The position numbers and the translations under genes were made by a program. 27,996 nucleotides of DNA from a virus (lineage: Duplodnaviria > Caudoviricetes). Below are positions 1-7,766 of the stretch, piece after piece (within the stretch, counting starts at the first letter, position 1; each line of letters opens with the position of its first letter). The stretch is taken from positions 1 through 27,996 of IMG/VR virus record IMGVR_UViG_3300030372_002969, one strand, 5' to 3'. The notes under the pieces are model-generated. The model saw only the letters and a list, made by a program, of their open reading frames with translations, was not told the DNA's origin and did not search any database.

Positions 1-1386
1 CTCTATTTCGGTGTCACATGACGCCCGCCAGACCGACGACCCCCGCGCACCGCGCGCAGAATCCTTGCCTGTGTGGTGAATTAACATCACATGCGCCCCG
101 GTCAGCGCCCGCAGCTTGTCCGCTGACGCCACCACAATCGACGCATCTTTGGCGCTATTTTCATCCGCACCAGCCGCAACACGCGACAAGGTATCCAGCA
201 CAATCAACCGCAAGCCGCCCATGTCGCGCGCCAGCACCCGCACAGTATTGATCAGGCGGTCTAAATCCTCATCTGAATCAAACATATTGACCGCCTGCGG
301 CAGCACCGCAAACGGCACATCGCCGGAAACGTCATAATGCTGGCGGAACGCCACCAACCTATTCTTGATCCCCCACGCACCCTCGGCGGCAATATAAAGG
401 CACCCGCCTTGGCTCACATCGCGGTCGCGCCAGGTGCGCCCCAGGGCAACATGCGCTGCCAGATCGGTGGCGAAAAACGTCTTGCCCGAGTTCGACGGCC
501 CGTAAACCACCGACATCTGGCCGGCGATCAGCAAGTCCTCGACGAAATCATCCGACGCGAACGACGCCTGAATGTCAGAGAACCCAAAGGTGTCAAAGAC
601 GTTGGCTTCATCCAAAACGACAGGCGCATCCGCAACCGCAAACTCACCAAGAGCAGCCATGACGCCGGCGCCGCCAAGCTCGGTCGCCTCAAGCCAATCT
701 GAAACGTCAGCCCGCCTACCAAGATCAGCGCAGACCTCGCAGAACCGAACCGACGCCGCGACGCCATACAAAGCCGCGACAGCAGCCTCGCCCTTATCAC
801 GCCCAGCCGCATCGTTGTCGGGGACGACAAAAACATGCTTGCCCGCAAAAAACTGCTCAAAGCCGTCCGGCCATTTGCCCGCATATCCCGGTCGCGTCGT
901 GGCGCACACGCCGAGCGCAGCCAGCGCATTAACATCCTTTTCGCCCTCACAAAGCACCACCGAGTCAGACGCCATCAACTCCGGCAGTCGATACGGCACC
1001 ACCCGCGCACCTTTGGCACCCATGCGGAACCCGCCGTCTGGCAACGGAACACGCGGGCGAAAGTCCTTGGGGATATAGCGGCACACTTGCGCAACTAGAT
1101 CGCCGCCCTCATCCCGATAGTCATATGTATGTGTAATCAACGAATAGCCCTCGACCCGCAGCGGGCGGACTTCGCGGGCAGCCTCGCCCCATAGACCTCG
1201 ATCCCGCAGCGCCGACACAACGTCGCGTTGGTCGCAACCCGCAAAGCATTTGAGCAACAGCTTGCCGTCCTTCTCATCTACCGACAGAGATGGATTGCGA
1301 TCATCATGCGCAGGGCATTGCACCATGTAGCCGCTGCCTTTTTTGGTGCCGCCAAGCGCGCGAAATATGTCTGCTGCGCTGGTCAT
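1..1386 (-). CDS. Primase-helicase fusion (Zn-binding + TOPRIM + RepA/AAA_25-type helicase); 3' end lies outside the window
   Basis: Hand translation from ATG 1386, not in the ORF track because it has no stop: MTSAADIFRALGG..QCPAHDDRNPSLS..KCFAGC (Zn domain), LCEGEKD and VVPDND (TOPRIM), YGPSNSGKT (Walker A), LIVLDTL (Walker B), LIHHTGKD..RGSS. The frame is open to base 1. Confidence 0.92.
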   Translation of the reverse strand, partial: MTSAADIFRALGGTKKGSGYMVQCPAHDDRNPSLSVDEKDGKLLLKCFAGCDQRDVVSALRDRGLWGEAAREVRPLRVEGYSLITHTYDYRDEGGDLVAQVCRYIPKDFRPRVPLPDGGFRMGAKGARVVPYRLPELMASDSVVLCEGEKDVNALAALGVCATTRPGYAGKWPDGFEQFFAGKHVFVVPDNDAAGRDKGEAAVAALYGVAASVRFCEVCADLGRRADVSDWLEATELGGAGVMAALGEFAVADAPVVLDEANVFDTFGFSDIQASFASDDFVEDLLIAGQMSVVYGPSNSGKTFFATDLAAHVALGRTWRDRDVSQGGCLYIAAEGAWGIKNRLVAFRQHYDVSGDVPFAVLPQAVNMFDSDEDLDRLINTVRVLARDMGGLRLIVLDTLSRVAAGADENSAKDASIVVASADKLRALTGAHVMLIHHTGKDSARGARGSSVWRASCDTEIE

Positions 1387-1403
1387 ATTTGCTTGCAATT
1401 CAC

Positions 1404-2498
1404 TCAGCCGACAAATTCGTGGCTGTAAGCCACCCTGTAAATGTGCGCATCTTTATAAGCACGCTCCTTTGTGTTGCGGTCCGGTATGTAATCAAGTCGC
1501 GCTTTTTTGTTTTTCGACGTTGCCTTCCATAATTCTGATCGTTCTCGGTATTCGCCCATGCGCGGGTGTGCGGTTTTGCTAAAATAACGGTGTCCTTGTT
1601 TGCAAAAATGCTGCGCGATTGCGTCAGAAAACCTAACGCCAATCCCCAGACCTTGATAGTCTGGCAAAACTACGGTTCGGTGTTCGCGCCACGCGCTTTC
1701 GAAGTGCTGGTTGGGGAATGCAATAGCTGAACCAAAAGCGACCGGGTTGCCATCTAAATAACCTAAAAAACACCGCGCCGATTTGTTCAGCGCGTCGTTC
1801 AAATAATGATGCTGCCTAAATAATCCCCACCAGTTGTTCGTTGTTTTGTGAATTTCAAGGTTAATTGATGGTCGTCGAAGGCACCCCCTTGACGCATCAA
1901 GCTGCGCCTTTGCCGTGTCAAAAACCCAATCGGGTTGCAGCCATTCAACAACGTCGTAGTGACAAGTAGAAAAAACAACGCCGGTCATCTCTTGCGACCG
2001 AATGTACCGTTGCACTGCGTGAGCAGAAGATTTTGCAACGGTACGGTCAATCACGCTCGTGAACTCATCGACACCGACATTTGTTTTAATCATTGCAGCC
2101 AAATCCGCACGCCACGCCTCGCCGTTGCTCAAAACATGATAAGGGCGGCACCATGTCGGGACAGAATTTAAGCCAACCGCGCTAAGTTTTGCGCTGTCTA
2201 CTTGCGAGGCAATAGCTTTGTTGGGATTCCATTTTTTTCGTTTCGCGACACCGTAATCCCTCTTCAAGATTTGCGTTTTGCCACTGCCCGACGGCCCGAC
2301 AATCAAACCAATTTGCCAACTTTTATCGCGGGGCGGTGCCTTGAACGCTGGCAAAACAAAGCGGCTTGTCCCATCAAATTGATAATCGAACGGGCGGATC
2401 GCATCTGCGAGTAAGTCGTCATAGTCAACTTTGATTTCTATTTGATCCATTTTGCGTAACCCAAAATCAGTGTGAGCTTGATGATGTGAACTATACAT
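1404..2498 (-). CDS. ABC-type ATPase fused to a C-terminal GNAT acetyltransferase (soluble; possibly DNA modification)
   Basis: Walker A GPSGSGKT, signature LSNGE, Walker B VGVDEFTS, H-loop STCH; then FRQHHYL and GNAT motif A VVLPDYQGLGIG. Start 2498 overlaps the upstream stop (TGATG); alternative ATG at 2450. Confidence 0.85.
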   Translation of the reverse strand: MYSSHHQAHTDFGLRKMDQIEIKVDYDDLLADAIRPFDYQFDGTSRFVLPAFKAPPRDKSWQIGLIVGPSGSGKTQILKRDYGVAKRKKWNPNKAIASQVDSAKLSAVGLNSVPTWCRPYHVLSNGEAWRADLAAMIKTNVGVDEFTSVIDRTVAKSSAHAVQRYIRSQEMTGVVFSTCHYDVVEWLQPDWVFDTAKAQLDASRGCLRRPSINLEIHKTTNNWWGLFRQHHYLNDALNKSARCFLGYLDGNPVAFGSAIAFPNQHFESAWREHRTVVLPDYQGLGIGVRFSDAIAQHFCKQGHRYFSKTAHPRMGEYRERSELWKATSKNKKARLDYIPDRNTKERAYKDAHIYRVAYSHEFVG

Positions 2499-2857
2499 CA
2501 GAACGGCAGCGCCAAATCATCGGGATCGCTGTCCATCTCAGCTTCCCATTTCTTGTGCCAGTCAGGCCGCACCTCTGCCAACCGCCCAACTAAACAACGC
2601 AGGAACATCGTCCACTGCACCTTATTCAACCGCCCCAAATCTGTGACGCCAATGCTGTCGAGATATTCGCCGCCCGCCTGACCAGCTTGCAGCAGCATCT
2701 CGTCTTCCTCTTTCGTCCAATCGACCATCAGAAACTCCTTCACGAACCGAACTTGATGCTCCCGTGAGCAAAACCAGACGCCACGCCGCAAACCCTTGCG
2801 ATAACCAAAACCGCGCTCGTATTTCCAGCACGCCACGCAAAGACCGCGCGGCGTCAC
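2498..2857 (-). CDS. Conserved phage protein, DUF6511-like
   Basis: CxxC...RGFG...FCS N-terminus and GGEYLDSIGVTDLGRL..QW pattern recalled from this family; coupled to both neighbours. Confidence 0.65.
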   Translation of the reverse strand: MTPRGLCVACWKYERGFGYRKGLRRGVWFCSREHQVRFVKEFLMVDWTKEEDEMLLQAGQAGGEYLDSIGVTDLGRLNKVQWTMFLRCLVGRLAEVRPDWHKKWEAEMDSDPDDLALPF

Positions 2858-3090
2858 CGCACCAACCGATTGAAAACACGCCGCAGCACATACGAGCGCG
2901 CAAGCGACAGAATGAAATAGCTAGCCGTGATGCCGGTGGCGTCGAGCGGCGACGGCTCCAGCCCAAACCACGGCAGACAAAAGTAAGTAAACAGCCAAGA
3001 CACCAGCAGGCCGACAACCGCGTTAGACTTCGCCTCTACTAACGACATGAGGCGCGATTGCCGCGCACGAATGGAAGGCAGCCCGCTCAT
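2854..3090 (-). CDS. Small two-TM phage membrane protein, DUF7220-like
   Basis: QSRLMSLVEA.SN..VG...PWFGL...SLARSYVLRRVFN pattern with two hydrophobic segments; 4-nt overlaps at both ends. Confidence 0.7.
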   Translation of the reverse strand: MSGLPSIRARQSRLMSLVEAKSNAVVGLLVSWLFTYFCLPWFGLEPSPLDATGITASYFILSLARSYVLRRVFNRLVR

Positions 3091-3785
3091 AACAGCGGCT
3101 CCTGCACCGCGAACGTGGGCTGCGGCACAAACATATCGGGCTGCGCGTACGCGTCCTCAATACGCTTGCAGGCGATGTCAAAATACTTTGGCTCCAACTC
3201 GATTCCGATGAACTTTCGGCCCATCTTGGCGCAGGCTACGCCGGTTGTGCCGCTGCCCATAAAGGGGTCGAGGATGGTTTGGGCATCGGCTGGCAGGTGT
3301 CCAATGCACCACTCTATAACGCCGACCGGCTTCTGCGTGGGGTGGTGGCGTTCCTCGTGGCCCTTGCGGATCATGCCGTTCCAGCGCCATTGAATTAGTC
3401 GGACGGCCTTGGGCAAGTTTGTCCACGCCATTTCGGCATCAGCAAAGTCACCGCTATTTTGCTTGTCCCAAATCAGCCAACACGAAGTCGGTGGCAGGTT
3501 GTAATAGTTGCCACCAAAAATTATCCCGTACTGTGATGTTTTTAGGGCTAATTCAACAGCCTCATCTGCCGTTGCGTTGTCCCAATGTTGTTTTTCATAA
3601 TGGACAACCCGCGTCTTTGTCCCTAGGCGACTTTTTCCGGGCATCTGTCGCCCGTTGTTTCCCGTTTCACCAATCCCATAAGGCGGATCAGTCACGACCG
3701 CATCGACCTCACCAAGCGTCGGCAGTATTTCAAGGCAGTCGCCCTGATGCAGCGTGCAGTCGCCTATGATGACAGGCTCAACCAT
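3087..3785 (-). CDS. Orphan DNA methyltransferase (N6-adenine/N4-cytosine, beta class)
   Basis: GDCLEIL, catalytic TDPPYG, HPTQKP, SAM-binding LDPFMGSGTTG, IGIELEPKYF. Start set to ATG 3785 (MVEPVIIG) rather than 3815. Confidence 0.92.
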   Translation of the reverse strand: MVEPVIIGDCTLHQGDCLEILPTLGEVDAVVTDPPYGIGETGNNGRQMPGKSRLGTKTRVVHYEKQHWDNATADEAVELALKTSQYGIIFGGNYYNLPPTSCWLIWDKQNSGDFADAEMAWTNLPKAVRLIQWRWNGMIRKGHEERHHPTQKPVGVIEWCIGHLPADAQTILDPFMGSGTTGVACAKMGRKFIGIELEPKYFDIACKRIEDAYAQPDMFVPQPTFAVQEPLL

Positions 3786-4734
3786 CGGCACCCTCGTCCG
3801 ACCACAACTCGCCATTGGTCATGCGGTAGTCGATGCGGTCGTCATGCACCTCGACCACTTCGCCAGGCACAAGCACAGGGCGGAAACGCTGATCGCTACA
3901 GCCCTCGATTTGCTCACTAGCCGTCAGCGATTTGTCATGGCGATTGCAAAGCCAGCCGCCGTTCTCGACCGGCGCAGACCAAACGCATGTGCGGCAGTTG
4001 CGATTGGCGGCAGTCTCGCCGTAACAAATCTGCGAGAACTGACACCAGCGGCACTTATAAAAGTCAGGAGAGTCCGCAATGCGTGGCGGCAATGCGTCAG
4101 GCGTGAAAATGATGTCGGCGGCGCGGGCTGAATAAAACTCTGCCGCCTTGCGATCAAAGTCAGTGCGACACGAATCCCAATCGCGTCCGCCAGCCGTGGC
4201 GACAACCATCCACCCGCGCGTTCTGCCGCGATAGAGCATGTAGACTTGGTGCTGCGCGTAATACGTCTCATTCCATTCGCGCAGTGCAGCCTTCTCGCCG
4301 TGCTTTTCCTTGCACTTTTGAAAACGCGCAAACACCTTTTCTGAAGTGCATTTGACCTCGAAAACGTGCGGAGTTTTTGGCGCTTGCAGCAGCCCAAACG
4401 CCTCACCGTCGAGGTGCCCGAGAAAATGGCCCTCGTGGTCCGAGACTTCTAACTGCCTGCCCGTGTCAGGATCGCGGTCAATGATCGTCAGACCATCAAC
4501 GGCCCGCAGTCGCACGATCACCAAGTCCTCAGTGCGATGTCCGTCTGCGAAGTTCTTCAGCGTCTTGGCGGCGAAAGGCTGCTGCCCCGCCGCATAGAAT
4601 TGATAATAAGATTTGCGCGGGCAGTCGCCAATGCCGCTCATGCCGAGATAGCCGCGCTGCGGCTTGGACAACTCGGCGGCTTCGAGCGCAGCGTCAGCGG
4701 CAGCGAGCGTCGGATCAGTAAACGATAGGTTCAT
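3778..4734 (-). CDS. Cas4-like / PD-(D/E)XK phage recombination exonuclease
   Basis: RGYLGMSGIGDCPRK, GHRTE, GHLDG, FEVK, YYAQ.Q.Y, and C-terminal CRWCQFSQIC plus NCRTC cysteine clusters; adjacent to Sak4-like and SSB-like genes. Confidence 0.8.
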   Translation of the reverse strand: MNLSFTDPTLAAADAALEAAELSKPQRGYLGMSGIGDCPRKSYYQFYAAGQQPFAAKTLKNFADGHRTEDLVIVRLRAVDGLTIIDRDPDTGRQLEVSDHEGHFLGHLDGEAFGLLQAPKTPHVFEVKCTSEKVFARFQKCKEKHGEKAALREWNETYYAQHQVYMLYRGRTRGWMVVATAGGRDWDSCRTDFDRKAAEFYSARAADIIFTPDALPPRIADSPDFYKCRWCQFSQICYGETAANRNCRTCVWSAPVENGGWLCNRHDKSLTASEQIEGCSDQRFRPVLVPGEVVEVHDDRIDYRMTNGELWSDEGADG

Positions 4735-4744
4735 AAGAAAGCGC

Positions 4745-4776
4745 GGGGGCGGGTTGGAGGAACAACGCCCGCCCCC
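4745..4776 (-). promoter_or_regulatory. GC-rich intergenic stem-loop between a strong SD and the exonuclease start codon
   Basis: GGGGGCGGG (4745-4753) and CCCGCCCCC (4768-4776) form a perfect 9-bp inverted repeat; only a weak U-tract follows on the minus strand. Confidence 0.6.
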
Positions 4777-4784
4777 TCTCCTTG

Positions 4785-5273
4785 CTAGCTCCAGGGAGTC
4801 GAAGAAGCTGGCGAAGACACCGGCTGTGGGGCCGGTGGCGCGGATGCAGCGGCGGCGGGCTGCCCCTGGCTAGGCATTGATGCCGCTGCATATCCTTTGA
4901 TTTCATTTGAAGCGTCGTAGCCGTTAGCTGGCGGCCTTACGCCAACATTGACCGACAACGGTTTGGCGATCAGGTCATCGGCTTGTGCAATGACTTGCAG
5001 CCCTAGCGCCGAACCGATGCTATCCAACCGCTGCTTTGCGATCTCAATCGCCGTCGCGCTTTTGGGGTTGCTGGCGTCGGCCGCCTGCATCACTAGGTAG
5101 TCCCAGAGGACGCGCCCGTTTTCCAACCGAACCTGTAACTTAAGGCACTGGTTGCCCGACTTTGAGGTGTGTTCTGCCCACTCCACAATCTGACCGGGAT
5201 AGGTGCCAGCAGCCAACGGCTGAAAATCATTCTGCGGTGCGGGCGAACTGCCCACCTGATAGTTAAGCTGCAT
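4785..5273 (-). CDS. DUF669-family protein (probable single-stranded DNA-binding protein)
   Basis: DFQPLAAGTY...SKSGNQCLKL...GRVLWDYL...NEIKGY, Pro/Ala-rich tail ending PWS; SD AAAGGAG before ATG 5273. Confidence 0.78.
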   Translation of the reverse strand: MQLNYQVGSSPAPQNDFQPLAAGTYPGQIVEWAEHTSKSGNQCLKLQVRLENGRVLWDYLVMQAADASNPKSATAIEIAKQRLDSIGSALGLQVIAQADDLIAKPLSVNVGVRPPANGYDASNEIKGYAAASMPSQGQPAAAASAPPAPQPVSSPASSTPWS

Positions 5274-6021
5274 TTTTTTCTCCTTTTCCAACAATCGCGT
5301 CCACAAGCGCCGACCATTCCAGCGGCAACTCATGCGGTATGGGGTAGCGGGATTTGGCGATGAACGCGGGGCGTTCAGAGGTAAACAGCACGCGCTCGCC
5401 AGTGCCGACTGCGCGTGTGATCTTGCGACCAAAGCCGCCATCAATCTGCTTGGTCGCCGTGCGATAGTTGGCGAAGCCGATCAGGTCAGACGCCTCCATG
5501 CACAGGTCGCCCGCCTTGCGGTGCAGCTTGATCTCATAGCGGTCGTAGGGTTCGCCTGACGGGTCATCGAACTTGCGAATGTGCGAGTGCGCAATCATGA
5601 CGACCGCCATACCGCGCTGCTTACGCAGTGCCGCGACGCCGTTTAAGAACCGCCGCCAGAAGTCGAGCGCGAACACATAGCCCTTGCCGTAGCCAGCGTC
5701 CTCAATGCTTTTGAGACCCTGAACTTCGCAGACCTTTGCCCAAACCAGGCTTTCCAACCAATCAAGGCTGTCGATCACCAGCGTCTTAAAGTCGTGATCC
5801 TCTTTGACCAGCGTGCCTAGCTGCTGCTCGACTGCATCGTAACTTTCGGCCAGCGGAAAGCGGTCAGCGCCAACAACGTTGGCACCATCCTCTGTCTGGA
5901 TAAAAATCGGCGCGGGTGCATTGCCGGCAAAGGTTGTTTTGCCCACGCCAGGTGGGCCATAGAGCAAAACAACCGGCGGACTGAAACTCTGCCCGCTTAT
6001 GATGTCCTTCAGACTACTCAT
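5263..6021 (-). CDS. AAA_24 / Sak4-like phage NTP-binding recombination protein
   Basis: LYGPPGVGKTT, IQTEDG, TLVIDSLDWLE, GYGKGY, IAHS, YDRY, AKSRY; SD AAGGAG. Confidence 0.85.
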   Translation of the reverse strand: MSSLKDIISGQSFSPPVVLLYGPPGVGKTTFAGNAPAPIFIQTEDGANVVGADRFPLAESYDAVEQQLGTLVKEDHDFKTLVIDSLDWLESLVWAKVCEVQGLKSIEDAGYGKGYVFALDFWRRFLNGVAALRKQRGMAVVMIAHSHIRKFDDPSGEPYDRYEIKLHRKAGDLCMEASDLIGFANYRTATKQIDGGFGRKITRAVGTGERVLFTSERPAFIAKSRYPIPHELPLEWSALVDAIVGKGEKNAA

Positions 6022-6034
6022 CTGCTTCTCCTTT

Positions 6035-6307
6035 TCATTCTTTCCACGTCAACCAATCTTCATTCGGATGCGTCAGCAGCCGCCGATAGTCCTTCCCGCT
6101 GTGCGTGCGGCGCGCCGGAGCGATTGGCTGCTTGCGAGGCGGCAGTGCAAGGCGGTGCGCTTTGCCAAGCACGGCGTCGCGCGACCGGCGAGTGCCGGTG
6201 GTGTTTTTCATTTCGGCAGCGATCTGCGACGCGCTTTTGCCGTCCGCCCACAACTTCGTAAGCAGCAGCACCTCGGGCGCAGACCAAGGCTCGTCAAACC
6301 TCTGCAT
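6035..6307 (-). CDS. gcrA: GcrA-family cell-cycle regulator homolog, N-terminal domain only (90 aa)
   Basis: WSAPEVLLLTKLWADGKSASQIAAEM...RSRDAVLGKAHRLAL matches the GcrA N-terminal pattern (W..E.V..L..LW..G.SASQIA..L...RNAV.GK.HRL.L). Start moved to ATG 6307. Confidence 0.82.
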   Translation of the reverse strand: MQRFDEPWSAPEVLLLTKLWADGKSASQIAAEMKNTTGTRRSRDAVLGKAHRLALPPRKQPIAPARRTHSGKDYRRLLTHPNEDWLTWKE

Positions 6308-6503
6308 CAGCCACCTCGCCCCACCCGCCGCAGCGTTCGCACTCCGTCCAGCGGGTGCGGTAGCTCTGCCACGGGCCGTTATGGTCAACTCCACCGTGTG
6401 TGATTTCTTCCTCAACGCGGCCATGCCCCGCGCAATCCGGGCATTCAATAAATTTGCAATCCCTTTGCGGATGGCGCAGCAGACCGCAATCAGGGCACAT
6501 CAT
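6294..6503 (-). CDS. Small Zn-finger protein (DnaJ-type CxxCxGxG motifs)
   Basis: CPDC, CPDCAGHG, CERCGGWG; coupled to the upstream gene. Confidence 0.7.
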   Translation of the reverse strand: MMCPDCGLLRHPQRDCKFIECPDCAGHGRVEEEITHGGVDHNGPWQSYRTRWTECERCGGWGEVADAEV

Positions 6504-6820
6504 TGCTTCGCCTCACGCATGAGAGTCAGCAACGTTTCTTCACGCAGCACATACAAACGCGGCGCACGATCCTGGCGGACAACAAGAAGGTCGGCGTCGT
6601 CCTGCGCCAGCGCATCCATCAGCAACTTGAAGCCGCTTTTGCGGCGCTTGGCCTCGACCGACATGCCTTCGAGGCGAAGGTCGCCAGCGTAGTCATCGCC
6701 AAGCTGGCCCTTGTAAGCGCCGGAGCCAAACACGCGGGCGCAGTCAAAGCCGTGGGACTGCCAGAAATCGACAGTCTCTTTTTCAAGCTCATAGCCGCGT
6801 TGCTTGTTGCGGGCGCTCAA
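6500..6820 (-). CDS. Holliday-junction-resolvase-like PD-(D/E)XK nuclease (Hjc-like)
   Basis: NKQRGYELEKE, GSGA, GDL, VEAKRRK motifs. Confidence 0.75.
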   Translation of the reverse strand: MSARNKQRGYELEKETVDFWQSHGFDCARVFGSGAYKGQLGDDYAGDLRLEGMSVEAKRRKSGFKLLMDALAQDDADLLVVRQDRAPRLYVLREETLLTLMREAKQ

Positions 6821-7002
6821 CGTGCGAAATCAGCGACCGTCACTGCTCCACCCGTGGCGCGTTCGATCTTAGCTAATGTGTCAATTCCCGGTCGCTTCAC
6901 CCCTGCGCACATCATGCTGATGAACGCCGGAGTAACACCGACCATGGATGCGAATTCTGTCTGCGTGTAATTGTGGTCACGCAACCATTGGTTAAGTTTC
7001 AT
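6817..7002 (-). CDS. Cro-like XRE HTH regulator
   Basis: MKLNQWL...TQTEFASMVGVTPAFISMM..G.KRP...IERATGGAVTVADF; first gene of the early operon, divergent from the repressor. Confidence 0.85.
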   Translation of the reverse strand: MKLNQWLRDHNYTQTEFASMVGVTPAFISMMCAGVKRPGIDTLAKIERATGGAVTVADFAR

Positions 7003-7118
7003 AATTTGCGATTACGCAATCAAAAAATGAATGGCAAGCATGTTGTTGACTGGCGGTTACGTCAGGTGGCAGTGTGTCACTACAGGTCGGGAATAGTTTT
7101 TTTAGCGGGGAACCACAC
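6981..7118. promoter_or_regulatory. Divergent cI/cro switch region with candidate promoters and operators
   Basis: Minus-strand TTGCCA(7037-7032)-17 nt-TAATCG; plus-strand TTGACT at 7046; palindrome TTGCG-ATTA-CGCAA at 7006-7019; TTAAC-N5-G-like boxes at 6981-6995 and 7046-7060. Confidence 0.65.
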
Positions 7119-7421
7119 ATGACCATCGGCAATGCAATGCGGGCAGCGCGTAAGGCGTCCGACATGACGGCGGCCCAGGTAGCCGACAAAATTGGTCTGA
7201 AAGAGGCGACTTATCTGCGTTATGAGCGCGATGAGGTGTCGCCGCAAGCGCACGTTTGCGTCGCTTTAGCTGAAGCGTATGGCATCAGCCTCGACCAGCT
7301 TTTGCGCGGAATCGACACTGCCACAGACATGCCGCGACAGGTCATCAACTTTGATGTCACCGAAGGGCAGACTTTATCAGTTGAGATAAACGCTACCGTC
7401 AAGCACGGAAAAGCGTCTTAA
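7119..7421 (+). CDS. CI-like XRE repressor without an S24 peptidase domain (100 aa)
   Basis: IGNAMRAARKASDMTAAQVADKIGLKEATYLRYERDEVSP...LAEAYGISLDQLL is a classic XRE HTH; start at ATG 7119. Confidence 0.85.
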   Translation: MTIGNAMRAARKASDMTAAQVADKIGLKEATYLRYERDEVSPQAHVCVALAEAYGISLDQLLRGIDTATDMPRQVINFDVTEGQTLSVEINATVKHGKAS

Positions 7422-7441
7422 TCCACAGGTAACTTTTTTGC

Positions 7442-7469
7442 TTGCACACAACTGACAGTTAACTATTAT
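7442..7469 (+). promoter_or_regulatory. Sigma70-type promoter for the plus-strand small-gene operon, with a palindrome in the spacer
   Basis: TTGCAC(7442-7447)-16 nt-TATTAT(7464-7469); AACTG-A-CAGTT at 7450-7460; upstream T-tract. Confidence 0.6.
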
Positions 7470-7495
7470 GTGTCGCCCGAAGAAGGGAGACACAG

Positions 7496-7672
7496 ATGGT
7501 AACTCATTCATCAATCGAAAATTTGCGCGTCGTCGAGCAATGGCTTGCCGACCGTATTACATTTTTGAAAACAGACAACACAATTACCGCCGACTGTATC
7601 GAGGTTGCGGCGCTTAACCACTCCCTCGCAACTGTGCGCGATGAGATCGAGGGGGTGCGCAATGATCAATAG
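7496..7672 (+). CDS. Hypothetical protein, 58 aa (MVTHSSIENLRVVEQWLADR...)
   Basis: Hand translation; SD AAGGGAG just upstream; first gene after the promoter; below the ORF-track size cutoff. Confidence 0.65.
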   Translation: MVTHSSIENLRVVEQWLADRITFLKTDNTITADCIEVAALNHSLATVRDEIEGVRNDQ

Positions 7673-7766
7673 CTGGATCACCGGACTGCTACTTGCTGCG
7701 TTTCTGCTGCTGTTGCTGCACGCCGCATGCTTTGTCGGCGGCTTTTGCGCTGGCGGTGCACTATGA
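7662..7766 (+). CDS. 34-aa single-TM peptide (MINSWITGLLLAAFLLLLLHAACFVGGFCAGGAL)
   Basis: Hand translation; GAGGGGG upstream; exactly fills the gap between neighbours and ends in an ATGA overlap with the next gene. Confidence 0.6.
   Translation: MINSWITGLLLAAFLLLLLHAACFVGGFCAGGAL

Noticed and set aside
59-279. Complete avoidance of CcrM GANTC sites
   Set aside because: GAATC is readily found (59-63, 275-279); partial depletion would need an observed/expected count that I did not do.
18-1098. ORF-track calls at 18-1098, including 528-950 on the minus strand
   Set aside because: They overlap the real primase-helicase frame (1-1386, minus), which the track missed because it has no stop in the window.
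1404-2498. ABC transporter subunit
   Set aside because: No permease or substrate-binding gene is nearby; the ATPase is fused to a GNAT and sits in a replication operon.
6018-6038. Six-codon mini-ORF MKRRSR bridging gcrA and the AAA gene through two ATGA overlaps
   Set aside because: It is essentially the SD spacer (AAGGAG) of the downstream gene and easily arises by chance.
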